A program made the translations under genes and the position numbers. From positions 1-64,000 of the IMG/VR virus record IMGVR_UViG_3300047160_005605: a stretch of DNA of 64,000 bases. The stretch is one strand, 5' to 3'. Numbering within the stretch: position 1 is the stretch's first letter; each line of letters starts with the position of its first letter. Shown piece by piece: positions 63,528-64,000 of this stretch. The notes beneath the pieces were generated by a model. That model saw nothing but the letters and a program-made list of their open reading frames with translations. It was not told where the DNA came from and did not search any database. The stretch comes from a virus (taxonomy: Duplodnaviria; Caudoviricetes).

Positions 63528-64000
63528 CTAGGAAGCAAGCACCCAGCTACATCGACACTGAGGATGTAGCGGTATGACGCCCCGGGCTTCTTCGATGGGG
63601 AATACCTCACCTGCCATTGCTGCGCACTTTGGGCAGGGATCTTCCATTGTCTTCCATTCCACGTCAAGCCGTAGTCTGTCTGCTCCTAGGTTCTCGAATC
63701 CATCCAGTTCGCCGTCTGCATGAAAACGGACGACTTCTGCATGGGAGAGTGGAATGCCTCTCTTCTTTAGGCTCCTTTCTAGATTGGCAGCGAGCGTTCT
63801 AGCGAGCGTCCGCGGCGCTACGTTACGGTGAAGCGCGTCTATGACAATGCGACCGCTCTGTGAGGACAGAGAGGACGCGATATCCGCAAAGTTATGTTCT
63901 ATCCCTTCGCGCAGCATCTCGAGGCGGCGGAGGATCTTGCGCTGCTTTAGCAGTGCATCAGCATAACTAGCCGGACCGTGAAGGGAGAAAGGAAAAGACA
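63528..64000 (-). CDS. Head morphogenesis protein (SPP1 gp7/Mu gpF-like), 5' truncated by the window edge
   Basis: CPKCAAMAG...IPLHPQCRCSW; frame open to position 64000. Confidence 0.8.
   Translation of the reverse strand, partial: SFPFSLHGPASYADALLKQRKILRRLEMLREGIEHNFADIASSLSSQSGRIVIDALHRNVAPRTLARTLAANLERSLKKRGIPLSHAEVVRFHADGELDGFENLGADRLRLDVEWKTMEDPCPKCAAMAGEVFPIEEARGVIPLHPQCRCSWVLAS

Noticed and set aside
1-64000. Genome-wide stop-codon reassignment
   Set aside because: Conserved enzymes and structural genes are intact under the standard code and end in TAA, TAG or TGA; only one in-frame TGA was noticed.
1-64000. tRNA genes, integrase, terminase, portal, holin/endolysin
   Set aside because: No cloverleaf or T-arm motif and no diagnostic protein motifs found; packaging genes probably lie beyond position 64000.

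Overview
The window is a 64-kb segment of a large tailed dsDNA phage genome with siphovirus-like tail genes. The host is most likely a Planctomycete (Gemmataceae-like), judged from a Planctomycete extracellular-domain motif, a zinc-ribbon SpoVG and Cys/Gly/Pro-rich secreted proteins. The + strand (1-38.8 kb) runs in this order: (1) a ~2.15-kb leader almost free of GG/CC dinucleotides and rich in perfect hairpins; (2) an early gene array in which seven gene boundaries carry the same covarying hairpin element, including a MoxR-vWA pair; (3) sigma-like, SNF2, primase and DnaB genes, with a highly structured ~600-nt candidate ncRNA between primase and helicase; (4) a complete 7-deazaguanine DNA-modification cluster (queD, queE, queC, folE, queF, dpdA), predicting dPreQ1; (5) a replisome and recombination set (beta clamp, split UDG-exonuclease/PolA, clamp loader, UvsY-like, SSB, RecA, 5'-3' exonuclease, split SbcC plus SbcD) and csrA. 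The - strand (38.8-64 kb) carries the virion module (head morphogenesis, protease/scaffold, capsid, neck, tail tube, -1 frameshifted chaperones, tape measure, tail/fibre proteins), spoVG and a cluster of secreted low-complexity proteins. No tRNA, CRISPR array, integrase, terminase or portal is visible in the window. All family assignments come from motifs recognised by eye, not from database searches, and all counts are manual.
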